Assembly: GCA_973895155.1 (NCBI GenBank)
Contig: OZ316895.1
Coordinates: forward strand, 2,529,659 to 2,593,658
Reading direction: 5' to 3'
DNA from: Marsupella aquatica
Taxonomy: Eukaryota > Plantae > Marchantiophyta
DNA length: 64,000 nt
Part shown: positions 1 to 13,009 of the stretch, piece after piece
How positions within the stretch are numbered: position 1 is the stretch's first letter
Layout of the letters: every line of letters starts with the position of its first letter
Program-made: the position numbers and the translations under genes
Notes under the pieces: generated by a model
The model's database searches: none
What the model was told of the DNA's origin: nothing
The model's input: only the letters and a program-made list of their open reading frames with translations

Positions 1-1614
1 ATGCCAAACCGGGGCAGGCAGGAAGGCAGGCAATCAGAAACGGTCCTTCCAGAGTACAAATGTCCAACGAATGCAAAATTGAAAAGGATGAATCGAGATA
101 CGTACGAATAAAAAAACCCGGCGGCACACCGCACTGAACCAAACACGCGACAGCCAGTCGTCCCAGTGACAGTAGAAAACCGGCGTAGCAGTAAGACGAG
201 ATCGACTTTCACCTCGGCAGCAAAATCGTGGCGATGATTCACAACTCCGCACGAGACAAGAGCAGGGCCCGGTCAGAAACTCGAAGGGAAAACCTGACAC
301 CTCAGGAAGCTGCCTAAACGGGACCGATAGGACGAATCAACGAAGTGAGCAACGATCATTAGCGCTGAAGGGCCCAGCTCCGCAGGGAACAGAAGATAGA
401 ACAAGGAATGCGCATAAGCATATGGACCAATAGAGCGATGGATGATGATCGACGTGCGAAACAATGAGGCAAGGAGCGATCGTGGCGAAGGAACGCAAGG
501 GCTAGAGTAAGAACTTGTCGGTCAGTGGGTTGCTCAGTGCAGAGCTCCTGAGGCCGTGCAGAGATACGTTTGCTCGCAGAGATGGAAGTAGCGCTCGGCA
601 AGCGACACAGGGAGGGAGGGGGCCAGGGGGGGAGGAGGGGGGAGATCGTACGCGAGGTGTGCGGGAGATGCAGCTGGTTTGGAGCTTACTGCCAATGTCA
701 GGCAGACGAGAGAAATGCTCATGCGCGGGAGAGAAAGCCCGCTCTCTCTTTTTCGTCACATCAATCCCTACAGTTCGTACTACTCACTACTACTGGAGCG
801 GACTGCTGTCCTGCATAGCGGCAAGAGCAGGGTAAAAACAGGCTCGGTAGGCGTCGGGAGCGAGGCTTCCAGGCTCGGCGAGAATCATAGGGTACGCTTT
901 CCAGGTTTGGCAGGGGTTTCTAACCTCGGGGGGTTGCTGGCTCGGACCGGTAGACCGCCAACTGTCCCAGGTTTTTCAAAAAATTACCCCCCTTTTTTGG
1001 ATATCGCGTACCACGAGGAGTTTCCAATGAGTTGGTCGTGAGTCGTGACTCAGGTGGCGAGCGACCAGCCGGCCGTGGCTGGGGCTGGGGTGAGGGTGGA
1101 GACTAATCCAAGTGCGGTTTCATACAGTTAGTGTGAATTAGGAACGAATAGTTATCACGCTTCCACCTTTCTCCTGGAGTTAGGGTGGGTGTCCGGGTTT
1201 CCATGTTGCACTAGAGGATCAAACCAGTGGACTCTCCCAGTTTTTCTCTGAGCATTGGAGACCAGTGAAGATTGATCCATGGGAATAATTTGAGGGTCCT
1301 GGTCCCGCCCATCATGCCCTTGTGAGATTCTTCTCCTTAAGTTGTCACTGGCCATCAGGGTTCAAGGAGAACAAGAGAGTGGATATTTTTTACTTGCTTG
1401 AGAAACATTTTGGATTTATTTTAGTACCCTAGATTCACCAGGTTTTGCATGGCGGCTATAGGGGGGTTTAACCTGACTCCTGGCACCTTTTCTGCTCAAA
1501 CTTAACTCCAAACAACTTTTCACCTTTCATACTCCTCCTACACCCACAACTATCAGGCATTGTCATTGCCCTTGGGCTTCGCTAGTGCAAAACTTGAATT
1601 GCAAACAAGCAATC

Positions 1615-1728
1615 CCCAAACAAAACCTGGTGGATCCAGGTTTACAAAAGTAGTCAATAATGCTCCAAAGAAAACTTTTAAGGTACAATACATTATTGTC
1701 ATCCCAAATGTGGTGGTTTAAGTGGCTT
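1615..1728. repeat. Dispersed repeat copy 1 (similar to 57201-57309), probably a degenerate TE fragment
   Basis: CAAAACCTGGTGGATCCAGGTTTACAAAAGTAGTCAATAATGCTCCAAAGAA..TTGTCATCCCAAATGTGGTGG aligns by eye, in the same orientation, with CAAAACCTGGTGGATCAGGTTACCAAAACAAGTCAATAATGTTCCTAAGAA..TTGTCAACCCAAAACCTGGTGG at ~57.2 kb. Confidence 0.65.
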
Positions 1729-4174
1729 TGGTGTGCTTTGAACCTTGGCATGAGCTAGGGCACACACTACAAGGGGTGGCCATTTTCCCACTGCCCTTAG
1801 AACCTTGCTCTGTGGCGTTACATTGCATTTAGGACACACGGGTAACACTCATTGTGCCCCAGCTTGAGGCAAATTGGGAAGAAACCCTTCCTAGATAGGA
1901 GTAGGGGTGGGATTCAAAAGGCCCTAGCTAGTGGTGGCGTTGGGGATGAGGGTGTGGCGCTGGAGCTTTCGCGTAATGACGCCACATGAGTTTCAGATCG
2001 AAAGCACACATAGTGTGATGACCATCATAGTGGACAGGTGTGAAGTCATGGTACGAGAGGATTGAATCTCAACCATCAATTTTAAATATCGAGCATTCTG
2101 ACATATCTGCGGTACATGTTTTATCTTCGTCAGAACGTTACTTAGTTAATGACAAGCTGCCATCCTGTCCGATTGTGCACATGTTTTTATAAGTTGTTCT
2201 CTTTCGCATTTTGTGCCTGAAATAGTTTTCTGTCGGAAAAGCTTAGACCAAGGACTTCCTCTATTTCTTTCTCATATGGCAGTATGGGAAAAATGCTGCT
2301 TTATAATTATGGGGGTGGGGGGACCGTAATTATGCCATTCGCTTGGAATGCTCGTCAAGCTGGACCTTGTGTGTAGGTTAAGGACACAAATGCACCCAGT
2401 AGTATATGAGATACCTTTGTTTTCAACTTTTTATGGAATAACTCTATTGATTGCAGTGATGTTGCTTTTGCATGTTAAAAAGAAAGTGTGTGGGATACAC
2501 CAGTAGGAAAAGGACAGCAAGGAATGAAACTTGGTGGTATGGAATGAAAATCTAACTCGCAAATTGTTACCCCAGCACTCTAACTTTGATGTTTATGCGA
2601 TGGCACAAGTTTCTAGTGAGTTGGAGGTATAACAAGAGATTGTAGATTGACAAGTGTTGCAGGCTTTTATGCATGTCGGGACAATAGTTACTTTCTACTT
2701 CTGGTCAGGATAAGTGCTCGGCTTTGTCCCTTTGAGATTTGGCTTCTGTCTCGTAGTGCCCTTTACTGGTCCGTAACACAAAAAGAAAGAAAATGGAACG
2801 GCCTGAGTTTGGAGGGCCTTCCAAACTCAAGACTTTAGAATCAAGAAAAACATTTTTATATTAATAGGGATCAGGAAATTCGGATGATATTCTAACAGAT
2901 TTATTCAATCAGGAACTCTCCAGCTTTTTGGCTCTTTGGTTTTCCTGGTTTTCCCCTTGTTTTCTTCCCTTTTATTGGGTCTCTTATCTCCCAGTTTGGA
3001 ACATTTGTTCTTTGGCACATTTGTTCTTTGGCAGTGTGTTATAAATTCAAGAGAAAGGAATTGTGTCTGTCCTCCTCGTCTTTTTGGGCTCTGGCCCTTT
3101 GTTCCAGTTCCCCCTGTAGTTTTGCCTGACTCATCTGACAGCTCTGGCGCCCTTCTTTTGGGGTTCTTGCAACAACAACAAGCGAGAGATACAGGAAAAA
3201 AAAAACCCCATGCCATATGGCATCCCCAATTCCCCATCCGTCTACAACAGGTCGTCCCTAGGGCCTCGACCAGTAGCACGGCCTTGTCCTTCAAGCTTGG
3301 TTTCCCTTTTCAGAAAAGAATCATCTAGAAAATAGTTTCCTTTCTTTAGATAATCTCCTTGAACCTCAGACTTCGCTTGAAAAAGATCCCCCTTTCCCTT
3401 CTAGGGTGGTCTGTGTCAACATTCTTTTTAGCTGCCAAAATCAGCCAAATGTTACCTGACTGAAAAGTCTTCACCACTTTTGACCAAAATTCGTCAGGCT
3501 CTTGCCCACCTGGCCACCTCATACACCCCATTACCCAGAATCTGACATTAATCCTTAAATCTAAGGCCATCGAATGGTCAGAAATAAATCTAACTTGATA
3601 AAGATTCGTCTTCGCATCTTCTCCTTGACAGACGGTGGGCACCCCTGGCGAAAAAGAAGTAACCTTCACAATTACTCTGGTCTGTATCCTCTGTTGGGTT
3701 TCACTTACCAGTAAGTTCGTTTTAAAAAAGGGGGGGAGCCTCCTGCAACTGCCAGCACTGTTGTTTGCTAATCGTCAGGTACAAGCACACTTCAAAAAAC
3801 AACCCAGGTTAAACACATTGCAGTACTGTACCAGGCTTGAACGTTTGAACTTTGAACTCTGGCCACTAACCTGTAATAATCAGGAGACGACAGAAGGAAG
3901 GACACAACCCATACAGGTTTTCCAACTGCCTAAAGACCAAGATGGTTTCCCATGCCTGGATTCTTTTTTTGTCTTCAACAGAAATGGGGAGGAAGTACAA
4001 CTAGACTCCCCCACCCCAATGTGACACATTTTCTGTAGGGAACCCAGACCAGGGTGAGTCCCAACTGATCCCACAAGGACCCACACCAGGAAGGAAAGAG
4101 GATTAAATCAGGGCCACAAAATGAGCAACCAATGGCAGAGCAGATAATCAGAACTCCAATCCATTACACACAAA

Positions 4175-4320
4175 ACTTATCCCACCCACACACATATACC
4201 CTCCAAACCCAAGTGTATGGAGGAGGGCTCCACACCCCAGTATGTGGAGGGGGGATTGAACCTTGGACCTCTCACTTCCAGGCTAATCCCCTAGCCAATT
4301 GACCGAAGCAAATTGGTTAG
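4175..4320 (-). mobile_element. Putative tRNA-derived SINE-like element (degenerate)
   Basis: The minus strand reads an A-box-like GGTCAATTGGCTAGG, then a B-box/T-arm-like GAGAGGTCCAAGGTTCAATCCC, then a GT-rich tail. No intact cloverleaf and no clear TSD. Confidence 0.35.
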
Positions 4321-5038
4321 ATGCCTGGATTCCAACACAAAGAGAAGCACACCTGGGATAAGGACCGCTTTGTAACCTGGCTGGTTTTCTAAAATGCATT
4401 TCACTGGACAGTCAGAAATGCATTAGAGCACAAAGAAAAGCCTGGAATTAGGACTCATAGTCCATTAGTTCAAATGTGTTAGTGCTTCTAGTCAAGACAA
4501 ACCATTGTGCAAAAAGTCACTATTTGATTATAAGCTGTTAAGTATAGTCTCTTTCATTTACACAAGAGACTTGCTTAATTATGAGCCTCACCTTTCTCAC
4601 TTAATTCATTTAAAAGTTTTTCCCTCTCATATTCATTTGGATTCTCTTGTTTAGTTCAAAGAATTCCTGAAGCCAACTTATTTAGCGAGAACCTGAGCAA
4701 ACATGTTGATTTCTAAGTGTTGAGATCTTCCATTTATCCAGTGTTTGAGTTATGTAGCCTTGGGCCATCTTGCATTTCTTTACTATGCCTATTTTATTGT
4801 AATATCATGAAGAAACACCAACGACTGAATAATACTCCAAAGGTGCTTTCCAGCTGGGATAAAGTCACCACAGGTCACTCAAATATTCCAACAAAAACTT
4901 GATTGAATTCCCCTTAGGAACCTTGAAGCACAAGTAGTCCTACGTGCTCCATCAAAGCCTCTCCCTCTCCCTTTCACCTCACCCAACATATTCAAGCTTA
5001 CAACCCTCTATTTTGTTACTCCGATAGCACGTCAACTA

Positions 5039-5382
5039 TGTTGAGCATAGACGACATTCGTAACGGCAAGCCCATGAACCATCCAACGCACAATAGTCGA
5101 CACAGAGAAATACGTGGGTCACCTCCTCATCAGGCTACGTCCACAGGAACACACAAGAGCTTTACTGCACTCTAGGCCGACCGACCATACCAAGCATCCA
5201 CAGCACAAGCTCTCCCTATCTCTCAACTAGCTCCATAACAATGAGCCTAAGTTCCACCAGGGTCTGGCATCAGCCCTGGCTATATACCCAACAGCACTAC
5301 CGCTAACATTAGCTAAGTCCTAACCCGAGTTAGACTAACTGTGGTTAGCTCATGAGTCACAAGACTAGAGCAATATCTAACA
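5039..5382 (-). repeat. 3' LTR of Copia-A (344 bp)
   Basis: Direct repeat of 15104-15449 with about 13 substitutions and one 2-nt indel counted by eye (~96% identity). Confidence 0.95.
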
Positions 5383-5589
5383 AACTCCCCCTTGACTCTT
5401 GTCTTGGGGACTGGACTAAATGCTACCATATGGAATCCTCAACGGGAAGTTCTAGACAATCACCAAACCAGGTCTCCCCCTAAAAACCACAAGGGTTAAC
5501 TAGAACTAAACCGTAGACATATAGGAATGAGTAATCCATATACAAATAGTCACACGTTGCTAAAGAACTCTACTTGCATTACAACTGCA

Positions 5590-8270
5590 AAACCTACAAA
5601 GTAGCACGGTGTCTTGAGAAACTCTCCAAAGGAATCACTTTGGTAAAGGCATCAGCAAGATTGAGCTTTCCATCAATCTTGACTAGCTCTAAGTTTTATC
5701 AGACACTGCTTGCCTGATAAAATGGTACCGGATATCAATGTGCTTCACCCTGCTATCCATCACCTGGTTAGCAGCTAAGTGAAGAGCACTCTGACTATCA
5801 CAGTTTAGAGTCATCTTGCCATGCTCTAAACCCATCTCCGCGATCAACTTGTCCAACCAAATTGCTTCCTTTGCTGCTTCTGCTGCTGCAACATACTCTG
5901 CTTCTGTAGTAGACTGAGATATACACTTCTGCAAGGTAGATTTCCAACTGATAGATGTTCCTCCAAGAGTAAATACAAACCCAGTTGTAGACTTCCTTGT
6001 ATCCAGACAGCCTCCATAGTCAAAATCTACATAGCCAACTAACGTTCTACTTGATCCGTTATCAAATAGTAATCCATAGTCCTGTGTTCTCTTCAGATAC
6101 CTGAGAATCCACTTCACAGCTTCCCAATGTACCTTCCCTGGATTTGACATAAATATGCTAACCTTGCCCATCGCTAGGGCCAAGTCAGGCCTAGTACAAG
6201 TCATCAAATACATCAGACTGCCTACTGCCTTCTCATAAGGAATCTTAGCCATCAGACCTTTCTCCACAGCATCCGTAGGAGAGAAAGCCGATGATAACTT
6301 GAAATGTGAAGCTAAATGAATACTCACTGGCTTACAGTTTTCCATGTTGAATCGTGCAAGTACTTTCCTCGCATACTGGCCTTGACTCAAGCACAACTGT
6401 CCAGTATCAGAGTTCCTAAAAATCTCCATCCCTAAGATCCTCTTGGCCTTACCAAGATCCTTCATCCTGAATTCAACACTCATTTTCGCCTTGAGACTGT
6501 CAACCTCAGATTGATCTTTAGCCACAATCAGCATGTCATCCACATAGATCACCAGAATGATGAACCCAAATACATCATTCTTGACTGATTTCGTATACAC
6601 ACAAGGGTCATACACCATCCTTGTAAAACCTTGAGCAAGCATGAAATCATCAAACCGCTTGTTCTATTGTCTGGGAGACTGCTTCAATCCATACAAGGAC
6701 TTGAGCAATCTGCAAACTAAGTTCTCTTGGCTCTTTTTCATAAAGCTTAGTGGCTGTCTCATGAAGATCAACTCTTCCAAGTTGCCATAGAGAAAAGCAG
6801 TAACAACATCCATCTGATCCATCACCAGACCAAAAAACACAACAAGCAGACACAAGATCCAAATTGTGGAATACTTAGCCACCGGTGAAAAGACCTCATT
6901 GTAGTCCACTCCTTTCTCGTGAGTGAACCCCTTGGCAACAAGCCTTGCCTTGTAGATCTTATCTCCACCCTCTAAAGGACTGTCCTTCAACTTGTAAATC
7001 CACTTGCTGTCCACCACTTGCTGACCTCTTGGAAGCTCCACCAGCTCCCATGTCTTGTTGTCACTCAAAGATTGCAACTCCCTCTGCATTGCTGCATTCC
7101 ACTCATGCTTCTGCTCTGAAGCACAAGCCTCACTGTACAAAGAAGGCTCTCCTTCTTCCAAGATCAAAGCCATGTCATCATCATCAGGTGCAATGTCAAT
7201 ATCATCTAACTTAGATGAGTCTGCCCATTGACCATATCTGGTAGGAGCTCTAGTAGATGACTCAGGCTGATCTGCTGCTGCTACTGGCTGAATTTGAGGT
7301 ACCCCAGCAACAATCTTCTCCTCTTGTTCCATCACAGGAACCAGCTCCAAGCCCGGAGCTTCTCCATCTCTCCTGTCATGAATAGCATCATGACTAATCT
7401 CCCTCTCAACCCGGCCCGGGATGGGAGATTTCCCCTTGTCAATATGGGAGTCCTGAGAACTCTCCCCCTCCTTTGATGATCTGGATTCATTAAAGGACAC
7501 ATCTCTACTGACAATTAGTTTACAGGTTACTGGATCCCATAACCTATAACCCTTCACACCTTTCTGATAGCCAAGGAAAATGCACTTCTTCGACTTGGAC
7601 TCCAGCTTGGATCAAAGTTGGGAAGGTGTAAGCACATAAGCATCACATCCAAAACTCCTCAGATGTGAGTAATCTGCTGGACGCCCGTACCTCATTTCAA
7701 ATGGTGTCTTGAATCCAATAGAACTGGATGGAGAAACATTTACCAAATAAGCTGCAGTGTTGACAGCTTCAGCCCAAAACTCATGTGGTAAGCATGATTG
7801 ACTCAACATAGTCCTCGAGCGGTCCAATAGTGTTCGGTTGAGTCTCTCAGAAACACCATTCTGCTGAGGAGTATAACTTGTTGTGAGATGGCGGGTAATC
7901 CCCTGCTCCTTACAATACGTTCCAAATTCACCAGAACTATATTCACCACCGTTATCCGATCATAGATATTTCACCTTATTACCAGTCTGATTCTCAACTT
8001 GGGCTTTCCACTCCTGAAAAGTGGCAAAAACATCAGACTTATTGTGTAGAAAGTATATCCACACATACCTTGAGTAATCATCTATGAACGTGATATAATA
8101 AAACCGTCTAGAATGTGAGGGAGTAGGGGCTGGACCCCACACATCATTATGTACATACTCAAGTACCTCCTTGCTGGTGTGAGCTCCAACTCCGAAGGGT
8201 TTCTTATGCTGCTTCCCAAGCACACAGTGCTCACAAAATTCCAACTTACAAGACTGCAAATTAGAAAAAG
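5590..8270 (-). pseudogene. Copia-A pol (GAG-pre-integrase end, integrase, RT, RNase H), interrupted by stops
   Basis: Motifs CEHCVLGKQ, VHNDVWGP, ITFIDDYSRYVW, WAEAVNTAAYLVN, YKARLVAKGF, SLYGLKQSPRQ, VIYVDDML, STTEAEYVA, CDSQSA and KHIDIRYHF occur in ORFs 7960-8286, 7612-7827, 6664-7557 and 5689-6642, with in-frame stops between them. Confidence 0.95.
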
Positions 8271-9752
8271 TGGTGGAAATCGCCACCCAGCGCCCTCACC
8301 AATCCCAGCACTTGCGCCTAAGTGCCCTTAGTGCTCGAACGCCTCCACGGAATACCTTGAGCAAGCATCCCAGTGCCTCTAGCACTACCTGCGGCCCCTT
8401 CCATATGAAGCCGCACTTGCTCACCTACACGACCGCTACTCAACGGTCCTCACAGTCTGCACAAGCAACCAAGCACCTCGGTAAGTAACCCCTCCGGATC
8501 TAGAACTCGCCAAGTCTAGCCTCCTAACTCAAGCTCAATAGACATTGGTAAATAGGTCAGCGATAGGTCCTCCCGATGCCATAAGCAAGAACCAGAACCC
8601 ACGCCCACTGTCCGTCCAAGACAGCTCCTTCATTGGGCGCAGCTCGGGTTCCCCCTCGTACCTATCCATCATCAACTGACCACCCTGACCTTAAGACATG
8701 CTCATGGCCCAAATAGCGTAGCTTGTCCTAAAGCTTGTCTCAACACGCCGGGACCAGAACGGCCCCGACTCTAACAACCACTCCCGGTTTGCCCCACTGA
8801 TGGTCTAGGGACCGATCGCCCTTGGGACTCAACCTCCATACCTACTTGGCCTTGCCTCCCCAACGCAAGCTCACTTGGGAAGCCGAACGCGGCTTGGCTG
8901 CTGTTCGGCAGGATTTGGCAAGCGGACGAGCTAACACTCACAAACCAGGAGAACCCATGGCACCCCCGGACCCATCTGAGCTTAGGAGGGCGTATCCCTC
9001 ATCAAGAGCTTTCCAACGCACCCAAGAAGTCCTCCAGTGGACTTCCCGTTGGGAAGATATTGCTATTTCTGTTTGGCGGTTTCCTTAGTGTCGCGACCGC
9101 CGCGGCTCACGACTTCGGCTCGGCCTTAGCCCCCAGGGAGACACCACCCCCTCATATATGCTTTTGGAGACTTGCCACCCCCGGACCAGCTTTGGTCCCT
9201 AAACATTTGGCCCCCAACCCAGATCCCATCGCGCATAATGGGCGCGCCACCAATTGGCAACGCCCATAACTTTCTTGATAGGCATCCGTAAACGGAGTGC
9301 CTTAGTCCGTTGTGACTGGACTGACCCAGTGCTCATGCCTAGGCCCTCAGGTCTGATCGCCGCTCGGGGCCCCCGACCGGCCCAACCCGGATCGGGCCAC
9401 AACTTGCGCCCCAAGCGTCCGTTGCCAATGACGTCAACTCCATTGGCCTTGGGCCCAAGAGGAGCTCACTCCCAAGCCCTCAAAACTCAAAGTCCATCCG
9501 ACGGTCCGAACGGCCATCCTTGAGCCCGACCCATTTCCCCTGACCCGACCAGCCATAGGCTAGTCCAAGTCCTTAGTGTGTGTCCCCAGCTTGGCCCCTT
9601 GCCTCGCTAGTGCCACATCTCATTGCCCACAAGTCCCCCCATGCTAAGTCCTCCCCGGATGGCTTATCCGGGTCTGGACCATAAGAGAGCTCGACGTCGA
9701 AGTCAGCGACGCCGGAGCTAAGTGTTAAGGTAGTCGAGTTCTGCGACTTGCA
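8271..9752 (-). repeat. Single surviving 3' LTR of the Gypsy element (~1.48 kb)
   Basis: Starts with TG immediately after the PPT on the minus strand (TGCAAGTCGC) and ends where Copia pol resumes (GCGATTTCCA/CCA), with 8/10 terminal inverted similarity. The left edge is 8271 or 8274. No partner LTR is available to confirm it. Confidence 0.6.
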
Positions 9753-10187
9753 CCCCCCCTTAAAAATGGTCACGTCCGTGTGACCTCAGTAAACGTTCCA
9801 ACACGCCTAGACCACTTTGGGCCTTAAAATTTTTATGAGGTAACAAATGGTTTGCCCATAAGGCTGATGCAAACTAGGTTGGTATGCGCATTCCAAACTT
9901 AGGAAATTCCAACCTATCCCACTTATCCAAGTAGAATGCCAGTCCAAACGGGTAAGCTAACTCCAAACTCGTCGGACCCATTGTCCTCCCCTTGGGGTAC
10001 TCCCCTTTGGTTCGGACCAGCCCGCCCACAGATGTAAGGCAGGGCACCATCAACTTCCACTCGCAAAAAGCAAATCGGCCGCCCAACAACCTCTAGCACC
10101 AACGTGATCTCACTTTATCCTTAAGAGGCTGAGAGGAGTGAAACTAGGATACAACTCACAAAGGTAGCTACAGTTGTCTGTACCAGT

Positions 10188-13009
10188 TCACAACGGCGGT
10201 AGGCCGCTTCGCTTACGATAGCTTCCAAGGATCTCTGAGGCATTACCCAAATTTTCTTCCGGCTCCCAAGTACTCTCGGCCTGGTCGTAGCCAGCCCACT
10301 TCACCAAATACTCTAAGATTTGCCTTCCCAACTTGCGTTTGTAACAGTGGTCCGGAATTGCCTCCACCTCGAACTCCTCCGCATCCTCCACCAGCATGGC
10401 GTCTGGATGCAAGACCTGCTCCCGGTTGGGATCATCGTCTTTGACAAACTTCTTGAGCCGGCTAACATGGTAGCTTTTGCCCACGCCCATTTCCTTGGGT
10501 GTCTCCAACACCACCGAAACCGGATTATCCTTGTGGGCCCATCGTATGATGCGATAGGGCCCCGCATATCTGGGAGCCAGCTTCCTACTTATGTTCGCGT
10601 GGTATTGCTCAGGTCTCAACTGCAACCAGACGCTCTCCCCAATTTCAAAGCTTACCTGGTGTCGATGTTTATCCCCTTGCTCCTTGTACCGACTTTGGGC
10701 AAGGGTCATACCCTTGGTAGCCGCTTCCACAACTAGGCGTCGCTCTCGAATAAAATCGTCCACAGAAGGAACCTTGCTTTCCGTCCGCCAAGCTTCCGGA
10801 TTTATAAACCAGGAGGGCGCCCTTGGCGTCCTCCCTATGGCCAACACAAACGGCGCAAACCCCATCGCCGGATGCTTGGTCGAGTTATACCTAAACTCGG
10901 CCATTGTTAAATGCTTTGCCCAATCCTTCTGATTGGCTGTCACAAGTTGACGCAAGTAGTCCTCCACAATACCATTAACCCGTTCTGTTTGGCCATATGT
11001 CTCATGATGATACGCTGATCCCCTGGTCAGGTCCATTCCGGATAACCGGAACAACACCTTCCAAAAATGGCCCGTGAACTTGGTATCGCGATCGGACAGG
11101 ATATGCAACGGCAATCCCCACTGTCGAAAGACATTGTCAAATACTAGACCGGCAAACCTCTCGGGCCGAAACCATCTTTGTAGTAGGCAAGAAATACGCC
11201 ATCTTGGAAAAATGATCCACGATTGTTAAGATGGAGTTACTGCCGTGGGACTCAGATAATCCAACAATGAAGTCCATGGAGATAGACTCCCATGGAGCCG
11301 CAACTACTAGTAAGGGTTGCAGCAGTCCTCCTTTTGCCCTATAGACCGTTCGGTTCTTTTGGCACGAGTAACAACTTTGCAAGTGTTGAAGGACCGATTG
11401 CTTCATGTCCGGCCAATACACATCTCGCAACATGCTGCGATATGTGGCGGCTTGTCCTCCGTGCCCTCCCCAGGGTGAGTCGTGGTACTTTTGCAGAACC
11501 TCTAACCTTAGAGACTCTGGTATGTACGCACGCCTCTACTTGTATCGCCATAACTGGACATTATGCGTCATATCCAACCCCAACGATACGTGCCTTACCT
11601 TGCCCTGGCTACCCCCATTGCTTTGCCAATCCTTAGCTAACATGTCATCCCCATACGCCGCGGCCAGAACCTTTGGCCACTTGGATTCGAGCATCGTGAT
11701 CCCATTGACACGATGTTGGTCCTTATGTAATAACGCGTCCGCTGCCGTATTTGTCTTCCCTGTAACATGGCGGACTTCAAAATTGAAATCCGCCAAGAAC
11801 ATCTGCCAGGGCTTTTCCTTGGGGTTCAGCCTTGGCTTAGAACTGAAGTACCCGGCCGGCGAGCTATTTGTGTGGATTACCACTTTGGGACCGTTCTTAA
11901 GGTAAATCTCCCACTTCTTCAACGCGTAGATCACAACATACATTTCCCTTTCTGGCGTGATCCAGTGATTTTCCAACTTACATGACTCGAAGGCCACAGG
12001 ACGCCCATCTTGGTGAAGACAGGCGCCATGGCATAATCACTTGCGTCTGTCCAAATCTTGAACGGCTTCCCCATCTCAGGTAACTTTAGAACCGCCGACG
12101 TTATCATTAACCGCTTAAGTTCTAGGAATGCTAACTCACAATCCTGTGTCCACACAAACACTTTGTTTTTCAATGTTAGCGCATTGAGGGGCCTCGCAAT
12201 CCTCGCATAGTCTTTCATGTATCTCCGATAGAACCCCGTAAATCCTAAGAAGGCTCTAACTTGCCTTACATTGGACGGATGCTCCCATTCTTTGATCTCC
12301 TTAAGCTTGTCCTGACTAGGTGTAATCCCTTCCGGGGTAAAGGTATGGCCGAGGAACTGAATCTCGTTCATCGCAAACTCGCACTTGCTAGGTTTAGCAA
12401 AGAGACAAGCCTTACGAAGGTGAGAGAACACTTCTCTGAGCAACAACTCATGCTCCTCCAACGTTTTCGAGTAGATTAGGATGTCGTCAATAAAGACGAC
12501 CACTCCTTGGTCCAACAAGTCATGAAAGATGGTATTATCAATCTATTCATTAAAAGTGAATTATTATTCAATTTATGAACATTTGGGGAACAAAAAGTGT
12601 ACATTTGGCTTTCAAAAAGTGTACAATTGTACAAGAAATAAAGATGTTGGCCATCAGATATACCACCATGTTCATCCTTTGTAAATGAACTAGGATGAGA
12701 CTCCTTATAGTAAAGATAATCTTTGTGCCCTCAAGTTTACAATTGACCATTTAGGTGTAGAGTATTGTACTATAATATACCTTTTGGGGTTAAAAAGTAT
12801 ACATTTAAAGACCAAAAAGTGAACATTTAGAGGCCTGAAAGTGAACAAAATAAAATACACTTTTAATGAATAGGGTGATTATTCATCATCTTCATGAACG
12901 TTGCGGTTGCATTACACAACCCGAACGGCATAACCAAAAACTCCTAGGATCCGAACCTTGTGCGCATCGTGGTCTTATACTTGTCTCCCTTAGCCATGCG
13001 GATTTGGTG
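10188..13009 (-). pseudogene. Gypsy pol: RT (N-truncated), RNase H, integrase, chromodomain; frameshifted
   Basis: ORFs 11931-12518, 11536-11997, 11137-11433 and 10188-11114 are consecutive pol pieces in shifting frames. The RT is split by a MITE. Confidence 0.92.
12537..12879. mobile_element. 343-bp AT-rich MITE with 22-bp TIRs and a 4-bp TSD (TATT)
   Basis: TIRs ATCAATCTATTCATTAAAAGTG and rc ATCACCCTATTCATTAAAAGTG (20/22). Removing the element plus one TATT restores the RT peptide ATFMKMMN-TIFHDLLDQ. Confidence 0.9.

Larger units (their letters stand above)
8271..13009 (-). mobile_element. 5'-truncated chromoviral Ty3/Gypsy element nested in Copia-A
   Basis: RT (EFLVMPFGLCNA, VVVFIDDILIYS), RNase H (WTDASDYA), integrase (WESISMDFI, SDRDTKFT, GQTERVN, GPYRI) and a C-terminal chromodomain (FEVEAI..YLVKWAGY..STWEPEENL) in Gypsy order. 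PPT TTTTTAAGGGGGGG at ~9753-9766 is followed by one LTR. Confidence 0.9.

Noticed and set aside
1-1150. GC-rich block with many short ORFs and a minus-strand pyrimidine tract
   Set aside because: No recognisable protein motif. It may be the leader or promoter of an off-window gene, but this cannot be supported from the window.
2905-4086. Cluster of 100-130 aa ORFs on both strands
   Set aside because: No family motif recognised; probably decayed TE or non-coding DNA.
8270-10089. Short ORFs within the Gypsy LTR and 3' UTR
   Set aside because: Chance ORFs in GC-rich sequence without domain signatures, unlike the Copia-B antisense ORF.
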